Virus record (IMG/VR): IMGVR_UViG_3300020442_004525
Location: 1-57,997 of that record
Source of the DNA: a virus
Lineage: Duplodnaviria > Caudoviricetes
Length of the DNA stretch: 57,997 bases
Reading direction: 5' to 3' (one strand)
Under the pieces are notes generated by a model, which saw nothing but the letters and a program-made list of their open reading frames with translations, did not search any database and was not told where the DNA came from. The position numbers were made by a program, and so were the translations under genes. Position 1 is the stretch's first letter. Every line of letters starts with the position of its first letter. Shown piece by piece: positions 9,101 through 20,500 of the stretch.

Positions 9101-11560
9101 TTTAATCAAGGTTTCGCTGACGTTGGTAACACTGCCGCTTCTGGTAATAATGGTAAAACCGTGGCATTTTTTATGGAAGACGGCTCTGTTGACAGAAAAA
9201 TCATTTCTTCTATTGACGTTTCTAGGAGGGCCTTGATATTGTACGGCCCTAGTTTTATACTGCACCCCACCACCAAAAACGTTACTTCTCATAGTTTGGT
9301 TGGGGAGGGTCTTGCTTCGGGTCAGGAGTTTCAAATAACAGAGGGTAAGTGTGTTGCGGAAGTTAGTTACCCCTTGGTTGAACCGAGATTTTCAATAAAC
9401 ACCATATATACAGAGCAGGAAAATGCATTAGATGTTGTGCGGGAGTTGACGTCATCCTTTCGAACGGTGTTAAATTACATTAATGGACAAATATCTTTTT
9501 CACCTGAAAATTATCAAGAGCCCGTCATGCTATTCACGGATGCTAATGTTGATAAAAGTGGCTTTGCTTACGCTGGTGCAAGTAAGGCTTCTCGGGTTAC
9601 TGTCGCAAAAGTGACCTATACTGATAGGTTTGATGAATTTAAATCTAAGGTTGAATATTTTGAGGATCCTAGTGGTATAGAAAAATTTGGGTATATAGAA
9701 CAAGATATTATTGGGTTGGGCTGCACTTCAAGAGGGCAGGCTCAGAGGCTCGCCAGGTTTACTGTGGTGGCTCCCCTTCTTGAGGGAGAGATCGTCTCTT
9801 TTAAGTGTGGTCTTGAAGGTTCTATGCTATACCCTGGAGCTATAATTGAAATATCGGACAGTAGGCGCTTCGGCCAGAATGTTAATGGCCGGATAAAAAA
9901 AATAGAGAAGGATTCTCGATCGATTTCTATAGATAAAATAATTTCAAACGTAAAGTTTTATGACCCTGTGACTGATAAAGATAATGATCGGGTGGAATTA
10001 TGTATAGCATCTCCCCAGGGATTTGAGGAGGTTGGTGTTAGGGAGTCTTCCGATGGAGAGCCTACGGGGTTATATAAAAAAATGAAAATTCTTTCTGCCG
10101 CTTCTTCTGAATTTGATGTTGAGGATCAAGAGTCTTTAATTGCCGGATCAAAAAGAAGTCAAATAATATACTTTGATGGATTTCTTTCGTCTAATAAAAG
10201 AAAAATCGTAGAACTTAGGAGGAAGTATAAATTTACCGTAAAGCCTTTATCTAAAAATATAAAAAGCCCATACCATGGATTGGGTTCTGGTGATATTATT
10301 CAATTTATTTCATTTGGAGTTTTGCCTCAAATTTCATATATGGTTGGTAGCGAAGAAACCGTTAGGAAAGTTGAGTCCTTTGATTACTTTAGGGTTAATG
10401 CAGACTATATATCTAATCATAATTTCAAAATAGAATACATCTCAAATTATGGAGGGTCTAATGAAAGTTTTCACGAAGTTACTTTTGAGGATTCAGGTTT
10501 TGTTACAAGGGATGAAGATATTTCTGGGGGAGAGCACTTTTATTATATAGAGAAAAGCGTCAAAAATGTAATTGATGATACCGTATCGTCGCTTGAGCAA
10601 GTTTCTGTTGGTTCTGCTTGGGCAATTAGAGGTTATCGTAGGGAGTTTTTTGGAGAACTAGAAAGACAAGCCCAGAATCTACAGAGCGCTTTAGCTACTA
10701 TTGGTTCGGAGTCTATTAATGATTCTAATAAATATTGGAGTGACCTCTTTGGCGCTTTTACTGTTACTCGATATGATTCTGTGCATAGAAACTTTTTGCA
10801 AATAGATCAATCATCAAACTCTGGAAGTGGTCTTGGGGGATTTTCTATATCAATAGACCCTGCTGGCGATTTTCTTCGACAAGAAAATTCCCTACCATAT
10901 CGAGCTGTTGATCATTTTTTATTTGGGAAAATGAGGTTTTTGAGCTCAATTAGTATCTTGGTGGAATCCGAGAGTCCGACAGGAGAAATTGAATTGTTTC
11001 ATTTTTATCGTCCGAGTTTGGAATATGGAATTTTAAGATGTGAGTCTTCAGCCCTTGCCTCTAGCGGTAGCAAGGTTGACTTTAAGGATGTTGCTAGAGA
11101 TCATATACAGATTAACTCTAATAGATGGAAAGTGTTTAATAGGCAGGAAACTTTTACAACAAAGAGTGGGGAAACGGTTACTAGGCAGTGTAATTATATC
11201 AAGGTAGATGATAAGGTTAATGGGCCAACTTTAGCAGAAGTTGAACTAGCTTTATCTGGTGGAATTGATGATGTTAGTGATGTGTCAGATATAAATATAG
11301 AGATTCAGGTTCCAATAAACTATGATATTAATGATTATAAAAATGTGGGTAGAAGGCAATATAGGATTAACTCTATTTCTGAGGAAAATGGTAGCTACGA
11401 TATTAAAGCTAGCGAATACAACCGAGAGAAATTTGGAATCATTGAAAAGTCGCTTAGTCTTAATCGACCTAGCTTGCCAATTCCCCCTCAGGTTAATATG
11501 TCTATACCTAAGGCGCCGTCGGATATAACAATAAAGGATTTAACATTTAGAAATGAGTAG
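6149..11560 (+). CDS. Fused tail assembly protein gpI (ubiquitin-like) and central tail fibre/tip protein gpJ core
   Basis: gpI motifs KVYLHGGL...VKTPAEAIRAI...IHIMPAVDG, hydrophobic segment, GGPIPVGYG. gpJ motifs DLISEGPIEG, WTENPAWILLDILTNTRFG, YNVSKFCDELV, EPRFSIN, GCTSRGQAQR. Confidence 0.88.
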   Translation: MKKVYLHGGLSDGIRSEWELNVKTPAEAIRAINVNCLGALLENIYKLADEGSCIGFACLSSEESKTAEKINSEEDVSEQVMVEFLQSPERLDMEGDFDEIHIMPAVDGNFVVTPTLTAAFIAKTVFMMVVGMLIAGIAAAMFPPVKVTNNTRTTKSYSFGDRPNIRRQGGPIPVGYGMLRLGSITSSFSRRNKFLPGGINNGMIESYTSFVTHDLISEGPIEGFCDSNGISVAPYSEGQYKRFDKNPVLKSIFINDVKLMNDQGQLNIIPNEDAGAGETQPIFSLGYNSDSRTHKNPSYGIDYEKKGQSPLIGPDKKISGFASNVKKSGASAFTYAVSDRNVGILTLNISSERMFNNWTDKRVRRRLFGTRVSVTQGTDPVAVQLAIRIFDGKKYVSPIDVRGGDSSYSQLEDVDKSKQNYTSNYTMSKYLGEGNHKPRITVSDSLLVKYFTWTLFESLSTNQYHFSGPAHPEGWESTFVSVSDYNSLPDSQPSSSTTPWKGWYLSEPYSKPLKSKLFHVVRSAEDFVQKFQSAYLSSATFDFMGQGEKTLKEIFSMYFDDNKRIEEGVLKDKSKSKISTAAEVLGVLSAQTRSGVRASDIFLNNFHLCMSLIKSHLDEDQTLGNDGNIYVTRSKMYYRHIGKTYAKNMWEVLALAKKGSNWSFDKKKQKWFKYKSKQYISSLQYSTRNLKFRNQNGDLVSSPFKDQSDNPWVSAGNWNFNQSIITIRGISTAPASIDFNIQLPYIGQGESLTVQLVRITPEITGVQAQAETQKRLSLKGIRQHKTIAGKRMSFSSPCTAWIATEFDSVNFQQIPDRNYLVKLKKVAVPSNYNVYSRSCLGAWNGLFRGQLDGDRFSDISESDLVWTENPAWILLDILTNTRFGIGKSGLSAEDIDIWNLYNVSKFCDELVETGFPNERPYRAFVTDNRSPDDVSEGVPAKNYLIGSGAQDAEYWDQFSKAKTFEVLVVDENGELVTEEEFSREFNQGFADVGNTAASGNNGKTVAFFMEDGSVDRKIISSIDVSRRALILYGPSFILHPTTKNVTSHSLVGEGLASGQEFQITEGKCVAEVSYPLVEPRFSINTIYTEQENALDVVRELTSSFRTVLNYINGQISFSPENYQEPVMLFTDANVDKSGFAYAGASKASRVTVAKVTYTDRFDEFKSKVEYFEDPSGIEKFGYIEQDIIGLGCTSRGQAQRLARFTVVAPLLEGEIVSFKCGLEGSMLYPGAIIEISDSRRFGQNVNGRIKKIEKDSRSISIDKIISNVKFYDPVTDKDNDRVELCIASPQGFEEVGVRESSDGEPTGLYKKMKILSAASSEFDVEDQESLIAGSKRSQIIYFDGFLSSNKRKIVELRRKYKFTVKPLSKNIKSPYHGLGSGDIIQFISFGVLPQISYMVGSEETVRKVESFDYFRVNADYISNHNFKIEYISNYGGSNESFHEVTFEDSGFVTRDEDISGGEHFYYIEKSVKNVIDDTVSSLEQVSVGSAWAIRGYRREFFGELERQAQNLQSALATIGSESINDSNKYWSDLFGAFTVTRYDSVHRNFLQIDQSSNSGSGLGGFSISIDPAGDFLRQENSLPYRAVDHFLFGKMRFLSSISILVESESPTGEIELFHFYRPSLEYGILRCESSALASSGSKVDFKDVARDHIQINSNRWKVFNRQETFTTKSGETVTRQCNYIKVDDKVNGPTLAEVELALSGGIDDVSDVSDINIEIQVPINYDINDYKNVGRRQYRINSISEENGSYDIKASEYNREKFGIIEKSLSLNRPSLPIPPQVNMSIPKAPSDITIKDLTFRNE

Positions 11561-14500
11561 TCGGGTTAATATATTAGTTAGTTTTAAAATCTATAGTAAG
11601 ACTGATACTTACTATCTCGTTGGCTCTTCTAATACGGGTAGTTTTACTCATAAATTAGGCAGGGGTTGGGATGCAGATGGATCTCCCGACTTATATCATA
11701 GTAGAATTGATGTTAGCGAGGTCGCTGATCTTGAGGCTAATGGTTTTCTTGTATCCAAAGTTGTTCCCCTTGGAGAAAAGTACGGAGACTATAGAATGCG
11801 CATGTATGCAGAAAATGAATTAGGAATAAGGTCTGCTTACGTTGAATTAGATAAGGTTATTCCTGCACCTGATATAGATGGTACTTTTAGGTTTAATAGC
11901 ATATATGTTGATAGATTGATCGAAGAAAAGCCATCTGCTTATTCTGTGGTAAAAAAGTCTCCTCGTAGGGCTGCTCCAAGTTTAGAACTAGATAACTCTT
12001 TGGTTGTAGAAAGCGAGTTTATCGGAAGGAGTGCGTTAATTAAATGGGATCTTAAAGCGCCTTATGGTTTTACAGGTTCTCCTAAGGGCACTTTGGTTCA
12101 GCCTTCTAATATAGATTTATTCGAAAGTTTATTTAGTCATTTTGAGGTATATTTTTATAAAGAGAACCCAGAAGAGAGAATATCTACACAAGATGATGTT
12201 AATAGTCCTCCTGCTGGGTCTGCGGTTTTTGATTCTGAGTTGCCTGTATCAGAAGTGGGGCAAATTGTCGATTTAAGCTTTGATAAAAGAGTTGGCGAAA
12301 AGATTATCGATGAGGATAATTTTGAAATTGGTTTTTCTAAAAATTTTATAGAGGATTTAATGGGTGATGGTGAACGTTTTATCTATGTTAAAGTTGTTGG
12401 TAAGGATATATTTTATAATAGCGCAGATGATAAATACATGCACCGCTTTACTGGAGTAATAAAGGTTGAAAATACCCGAAGTCGAATACAGGAAGCATTT
12501 GCGGATTTGTATGGGAATCAAATGACTCTATCTTATGTTAATCGAGATAGAGACTTTCAGGGTGGAAAAGTTGTTTTAAGATCTTTTTCATCTCAAGATA
12601 ATGTTACGTGGACTCATTCTGATTCTGCCGTACTGAATTCCGCTGGAGCATCTAATGTTTTTAAGCAGAAATGGAGTTCCCCTACTAATAGGAATTATTA
12701 TAAATATATTTTAGAAATACATGATTCTTATGGATTTTGCGGATATCATTCTGTGTCTAGCAGGGGAGTGCTTAAGGGATTTTTTACAAAAAAACTAACT
12801 GGAGAAACGCAAGGAGAGGATACCCAGGAGGAAGCTTTAGATGCAGCTATAGTAGATACTCATGCTTGGCAATCCGAAAGAAAAATAGGATCTATATCTA
12901 TAAAAGAAAATGGATCTAGTTTTGACGTGTCATGGAATGTCGTCGATTCTCAAGGTCATTTAATTAGCCCACCCGCCCCAAGTAAGGATGCATCGGGCGT
13001 TCCTATTTTTACAATGGGAGACCGAATAGAAATCGAAGATCTCGCAGGTTTTACAGTTAACTTTGAGTGCCCTGATGAATATATAAATAGTGGGAATTCT
13101 TTTCCTATTAGAGACGCTTTTGATTTAGGCATACTAGGTATTGAGGCAGAAGATCAAAATGGAAACAAAACTTATAAGGCTGGATCTCCTGAGAATGATT
13201 CATTCGGGCAATTAGTTATTCCAGAAACCATCGGTATAACGGACGGGGTTTTGACTGCCGAAAATAAATTATCAATTAATTTAGATACATCAATACAATT
13301 ATCAAAACAAGAAAATGCTGATTTATATAGAAGTTGGTTTAATCATTTAAATTATACTGATGTTCCAGTTGGTAGTGAATTTAGAGTATTGTATGAAGAG
13401 AATAATAATACTGATGTTGGTAGTTATAAAGATAAAGGTTTTTATGCTGTCGATGCCCAAAGGAGAATCAAGCTTGCTGTTTCACTGATTGATAGCGAGG
13501 GTCGGATAATCGACACAAAAATCGGCGAGGGATATAATGCTCCTCCTCGGATATTAGTTAAGCAGGGATTGAGTTCTGATCCATCTTCTGTTTCTTCTGC
13601 GTCAGTTAGGTCGACTGATTTGGTTGAGTTTAAGTTATCGCTAAATGAAAAGACTAATACTGTGGCCGTATTTAGAAGACCCGTTGAGGAGCCTAATAAA
13701 GAAGAGGTGGGTCATCCGGATTTTGAGGATAAGTATTACGGTATTGGTGGAGAGTCTAATGTAGATAAAACCAGAGTAGATGATCCTGATCACGCTAAGC
13801 CTATATCGGTATATAATTTTAAAGACGCAGATTATTTTGCGAAAGATAACCCCACCTCTAAGGATGTTATGCTTTATGGATTTGGTGTTGAGATGGATCG
13901 GTGGGTAAAAGATGACGACCCTGAAGATTTCATTAGTAATGCTGAATATGTTCTTTTACCTGACGACGCTGAAGCTATGGTCGCTGCTGGCGCTAGTAAT
14001 CACAAGAAACAATATGTGCGATTCGAGGTTACTGGTAAAAATATAAGCAACGCAGAAGAAGGTGGGTTCTTTACTGCTTTTATTGATTCCAAGGGTAATA
14101 AAGCCAACTCTGATTCTTTTGGGACTAAAAATTTCTTAGCGGGAGGAAGAGTTATAGGCTCTGATAATAATATAACTATTGTAGATCAACCCCCGCTTAT
14201 TAGAGAGCAAGGGTTACTTAGAAGAAAAGCTCCTGGAACTCAGTATGACTATATGCTTCTTCCTTTTGACTCTTTTGGAACTGGAGAGGCCTGGCTTCCT
14301 GATAGAATAAATTTCTACGGAGGAGTATTGTTTTCTCAAGACGAAAACGGAGCAATTGGTACTGTAGATTTTGACGCCCCTTTTCCGCCAGAAGGACTAC
14401 AAGTAAGAGGTGCAAATAAAACGTTCTTTCTGGAGTGGCAATCCCCCGCTTTTGATGCTGGTGATGTAGATTTTTATAATTTGTATTACATTAATGATTC

Positions 14501-17500
14501 TAGGTCTGAAACTGAACGCCTTGGTCTTGGTGGGTCTGATACTAGGATAGCTGATGGAGATATTTTAAGATTTAATAAAGATGATTATGTGCATGAAGAT
14601 TCAGAATTTCATGCTATAGATTTAGATTTCCAAGCAGAAAATAACAATACATTTGGATCTGTTGTGCCATGGCAGGAGCAAGCCTATAATAAAAATCACT
14701 ATGTAAAATCAAGACCAAGGGGCGATTCTAGCAAAGCATTTAGGTTGTATAAGGCAAATGCTGACACTACGGAAAACGATATTCCGGGAAAATCTGACCT
14801 TTGGGATGAACAGGTGAATGTTCAGCTTTGGGAAAATGGAACTGCAATTCATCGAGATGATGTAAAATTTAACGAGAGATCTTCTCAGCAAGAGAGTGAT
14901 GGTGGAGGTGGAAGTCAGACCTTTGGTTTGATTTTTTATAGCTCATTTAAAAATTATACCCCTGGTCAAATTGCATTCCGTGATAACAAGTGTTATATTT
15001 GCACTGGCGCTACTACTGGAAATTTTAATGCACAAAACTGGTCTTTGGTTGAAGGAGTTTCTATAGAGGAAATAAAAATTCCCGTTACAGAAACCTCTCT
15101 GACTGTGGTTGCTGACACGAATGATAAAGGTTATTTCTTTTTTGAATCTGTCGATAGAATACAAAATAGAAGTAGGCTGCATGTTGATCCAACTAAACCA
15201 GAAAGCGAATCTAATGAATATACTCACCAGTTGGGAAAATCTACACTAAAAGATATAGCTAATTTTGAGCAGGAATTAAGCGCTGAATTTCCTAATGCTA
15301 TAATGTTGAGGCCTTCTGATCCTTTTGAAATTGTTGATAAAACAAACTATGATAATGCGAAAATAAAGTGGAAGGCGCATTATCTTTATAATGATGGATA
15401 TGGTTATTTTATGCCTGCTGGTGAAATATCCCTGAGGTCGGACGCCACTTACATTAAAGATAAAACTATAGATAGCGGACAGTTTATTAGACACATATAT
15501 TGGAACCCTCGATACGGTTATAATACTAACGCCACATCAGACCCGTGGACCGCAAGAATAACAGAGAGCACCACCGTAAGGGAAAACCAACTACCTTACA
15601 GAAAAAAATCAGGACATGATGAAGCTCCAACTAGAATAAGCTCAGAAACTTTCAATGAACTTGCACAAACCAGGTGGGTTGCTAAATCGGACTCTAATGT
15701 TACTGATAGAGAAGTTTTTAGCGATCCTGGTAGTTCTGATTATTATGAGTGGTCAAGCTCTATGTATGAAGAGGTTCCTGCGGCAGAAAGAGATAATGAC
15801 TCTTCTTTGTCTGATAAAGAATCTGATACTAATATAGACTATAGGGCATACTATTCGTTTTCAACGGGAAATCCTGCTTCTCAAATATACAACCGAAGAC
15901 AACAGGGTACCGATCACTGGCTTTCAGATCCAACTAGGTCTAGTACTATCTATGATGAATTAAATAAAGTTACAGATGTTATTCATGAGACTGCTGCTCC
16001 AGTAGGATTTGGGACATTTGGACTACATATCACAAGAAGCGAGTCAATGAAAACAAATAAGTCTCCAGAGAATAATGTTACTGACGGACTGCTTGAGGAT
16101 GGTGGTTTTCAAATATGTAGGATAGATCATATTGGTGGAGAGTATAGTCACACTGTTAATTTTGAAGTTTTTAATAATGCTACTATTGGTCAAGCTAATA
16201 TTTCAAACGCAACCATTACTAGCGCGCAAATAACAGATCTTAGCGCAGATAGAATTACTGCTGGAATAATAGGATCTCATCGAATACAAATTGGTAACGC
16301 ATTGATTCCTGAGGTTACTGATGGATCTCTGGGAGATGCTCAAGATGACTCTCATAATGGAGGGCCTGCAAGCGTTATGCCAGATGGAACTAGTCTGGCC
16401 GCTGGAGCTGATGATGCATATACTAATAGTAAGTATGTCTACGGATCAATAACAAGCCAAGGATTTGATCATACAACGAAAGGGAAGCCAGGGTTTTTTA
16501 TTAGTGGGGATGGACAATTTGGATTTCAGACAACAAACGGTGGAATTTATTTAAGGGGCGGGTTGGATACTGATAGAAATCAAGATAATAGTCCGACTCA
16601 ATTGGTTATTAGGGGAACTTTGATTCAAGAGAATTCTGATCCGTTTGTTAAAATGGAAATGAGTTCGTCTGTTCAAAATTTAAGTTTTAATGAGCATGCC
16701 GAGAATCATTTTTATTACGAAAATAATGGTAAGTATAATATTTACGGAACAGAAGCCACGGTACTTCGACCTTCTAATGGAGAGGTGACTGTATCTTATA
16801 ATATACAAAACGCATATCATACCGACGGCTCTCCATATGATATTAACGAGCTTCAACTAATTATGTATGTTGACGGAGATCCCTCTAGAACAATCGATCA
16901 GAAGGATGTATTTAAATTAATTAAATCGAGCGCTCTTCCGACTTATCAGCAAAGATGGGTTCTCAAAAGCATTTGGCACGGGAGTAGTGTTAATAGGGAT
17001 TCAACGTTACTTCAGCCGGATCAAATACTTACATCTGATCCGAACGATCCTGATCTTTATGAAGAAATTCTTGTTCAAGAAAGTAGTGTTCATGGAGAAT
17101 GTTTAGTTAATGGTTCTGTTGATTCAACTCGTAAAAACAAGACAGCCTGTGAGAATGGCACTCCAGCTGGAGCTTGGGTTCCTGTTGTTAGGGATACTGG
17201 GCCAAACCTTGGTTTAAATGATGTAGATGACCTTAATAAAGGAGGTTCTATTACCTTTGATTTTGTTGGAGGTAGGTATGGGGACACAGCCGAATTAGTT
17301 GACGCCGAACCTTCAATGATATTTTTTACTGGTGCGCCAATCACTGATGTTTCAGAAGTAGTCGAAAGAATAGAGGAGGAGGATTTAAATGATGTCGGAG
17401 AGGATCCTGGTAATACTTTGATTCCGATAGCCGATTCTGTTACAATAGTCTTGAGAATGGTTTCCAGGGCACCTGTATGGAGTTCTACTCAAACTTACCT

Positions 17501-20500
17501 TGCGGGCGAATTAGTTAATCACAGTGGCAAGGTATGGAGGTCAGTTCATAACGGAAGTAATAATAAAGATCAAACTCCATCATCTTCTTCGACTTACTGG
17601 GATGAGGAGCCTGCTGGAGAGGTTGTTGTTGAGGAGAAATCTGTAACTATATTTAGAAAAGATCAACCAACTAACCTAGCTTCAATAGATCTTGTATCTA
17701 CTGGTAGCGGCATAATAAGAAATAGCGATAGTAATGAATCGGTTACTGTTAAGCCCGTATTGACCCATGGCGCTACTCAATATAGTTTAGAACAAACTTC
17801 AGATTTAGAAGATTGGATGAAGACTCTTCGCGGTCAGATGGCAATTTACCAAGGACCACCAAACCTTCTAAAACAAAACAAATATAAACTATTAACCAGC
17901 GGGAAGGATGCAAGTTTTTCTATAACTCTTAAAAACGAAGATGTTCTTGAGGGTAAAACCACATTATATCTTGTTGATACCAAGGATAATTCTAATTGGC
18001 CTGACGCTAGGGACTCCCTGAGTGTCTACAAAGAAGTTGCTACTATAGACGTGATTGATGTTAACGATGGTGTTGATGTCGGACACATAGACTTGGATAA
18101 GGCCGACAAGTTTTATACTAGAGAGTATTTAATAAGGCCAAGTAGTGGTGGCACGGTAGATTACTCTAGCTCGTATAAGCTAGAAGAGATAGATGAAAAA
18201 ACCTTTGATGCAACCATAAGAATAACAAGTCAGGATGGCAGAGAGTTGTCAAAAGAGATTTTTGTCAAAATCAAAAACGTTGCCCTCGGAAAATACATTG
18301 AGAAAAAAGACATCACCATCGAAGATAAGAGTGGAAATACTATATGCTCTTTTGCGTCAAACGCAGAAAACCTCGCTCCTGTAATGGTGCCTTTTACTCT
18401 TGATAACGATAATGAAGTTTCTAAGCAAAGCGAATACGATGTCGTAACGGGAGATAGCGCTGACGACCTTAAAAAAACTGGGGTCGGTCGAGTATATTTT
18501 AGCGTTGATAATAGACAGCATGTAACCGAAATAGTTATCCGATTCGACTTTATTAAAACCCGTGGTAACACTATAGCAGTAATTGGTAGCGATAATGAGA
18601 CAAGCTCTACTCATTATAAAGTTCATCCTTTGGACAGCGTTAAAACTTGGGGTGGTTTTTCGGGCGAAAACTTTACATTTGCTGCTGATATGGTTCCACA
18701 GATCAGTGTCGAAGAAAATATATTAATTAATACTTTAATAAGACCAAATCCATCTTTTCGATTGTCTTTAACAAAACCATATATAACATACAGTAGAAAT
18801 AGTATAAATGATAATAATCAAACAAGTAATCAAAATCTGCTTAGAAGATCTGAAAATATTATACCTATTCAATTATATATGGGTGAAGATAATATTACAG
18901 ATGAAGTTGATAATAAACCTACTGGTGCTGAATTTAGTATGGATATTATTCCTACTTTTGGTTTTGTTGTTTCTTATGAATTTTTAAATGGAACTCATTC
19001 TGATGATAAGTGCTACTGGCCTAAAAATGAAACCGCCGCAAGAAGCGCTATCGATGATTTAAAAAGCGAAGATATTGAAGAAGGTGTTTATTATGATAAA
19101 GCCTCGGGTATATGGAAAATCGCTGATAGCGATGGATCTCATATTGCTGCAGATTCGAATTTCTTGTACTATATACCTCCTAGGCTTTCTGATTTACCAG
19201 GAATGGGTAACTCTAAGATAAAAATTAAAGCAAGTTACACAAGATCAAATGTTCCTGTTGCAAGCTCTGGGTTGAGGGGTGCGAGTAACGGCGCTTTTGC
19301 TACAGATAATTTTACTGATATCGAAACGATTAATGTGGTTGAGACTTTAAACGGCGAGTCTGCGCCGTTTGCTATTCAAACCAATGAAACTGTTGCTGTG
19401 GAGGTTAATCCTGCTGGAAAGATAATCAAGGCGGTTAGCGAAACCACTTTTGACTCTGAGGTTAGAGTTAAGGTTGCTGATGATGATGTAGCTTTACTTA
19501 ATAGTAGTGATCAGTTGCTTGATGGATTTGTTTTATCTTCAGCCTCAACCAGTCCCGCTATCAATAGAATCGTGTTTGAGTCGAGTTCTGCAAAAAGTAT
19601 CGCTCACAACACAACCTTAACCTTTAAGAATAGTGGCGGTTCAGACGTGAAGCTTTATGATTTTGATGACAGCGAAATTAAAATCAAAACTAAAGACGGT
19701 TCCACTGCAAGCGTAAAATATATATCAATGTTTGATGAAAATGATTCTAATCAAACTGGAATGCTTGAGGCTGGGCATACGTTAGCATTCTATGATAACA
19801 GTGGTAAAATTGTTGCGTCTTCTAAAATGCCTAAAATATTTAAACAAGGAATCGCTCTTTTGGTCAACGATAAGTTTACTGACGATATAAACTCTCAGTA
19901 CTTTGCAACTAATCAAGAATGGAAGAAGGTTGCCAGTAATAATAAAAATGATACATATGTGATCAGTGACTTTATGTGGGGTGCTGGTGCTACTGGTTCT
20001 AACCCTACTGGTTCGAAGGAATTGCTCGTAGGCGATACTATCATGAATGATAGTGGTCAAGCTTGGTTTGGGTCAGATGCTAACTCTGCCATCACTGTTC
20101 AGGCGCAAATTGCGTTTTATGCTACATCCAGGACGTGGAGAACTGACGAAGTTGTTTCAACCTCTGTTTCTCGACAGGTAAGGTCTGCAACTCAAGGAGA
20201 AACTGGCGCAACTATCGTTTATAGATCTGGCAGGTGGACTGCTTCAACTCAATACATAGGCACCACAAAACGAAGAGAAGTTGTTAGGCATGAAGATAAA
20301 TATTATATTACAACGGAAAATGCATCAATATTAGCATTTGGGTTGAATTCGCTGGCAGAATTAGAAAGCACAGGAGATCTTTCTTTTGATGCTTTGTATC
20401 AAGGCGAAAATGATAGCTCCGATGCTAACACTCTGAGCAAGTGGAAGCAAGCATTTCAAGGCCAGACATTATCAGACCAAGAAATTACTGAGAGGAGATT

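Noticed and set aside
15480-15790. A/C-rich then G/T-rich stretch suggesting a long hairpin
   Set aside because: No convincing inverted repeat could be paired by eye.
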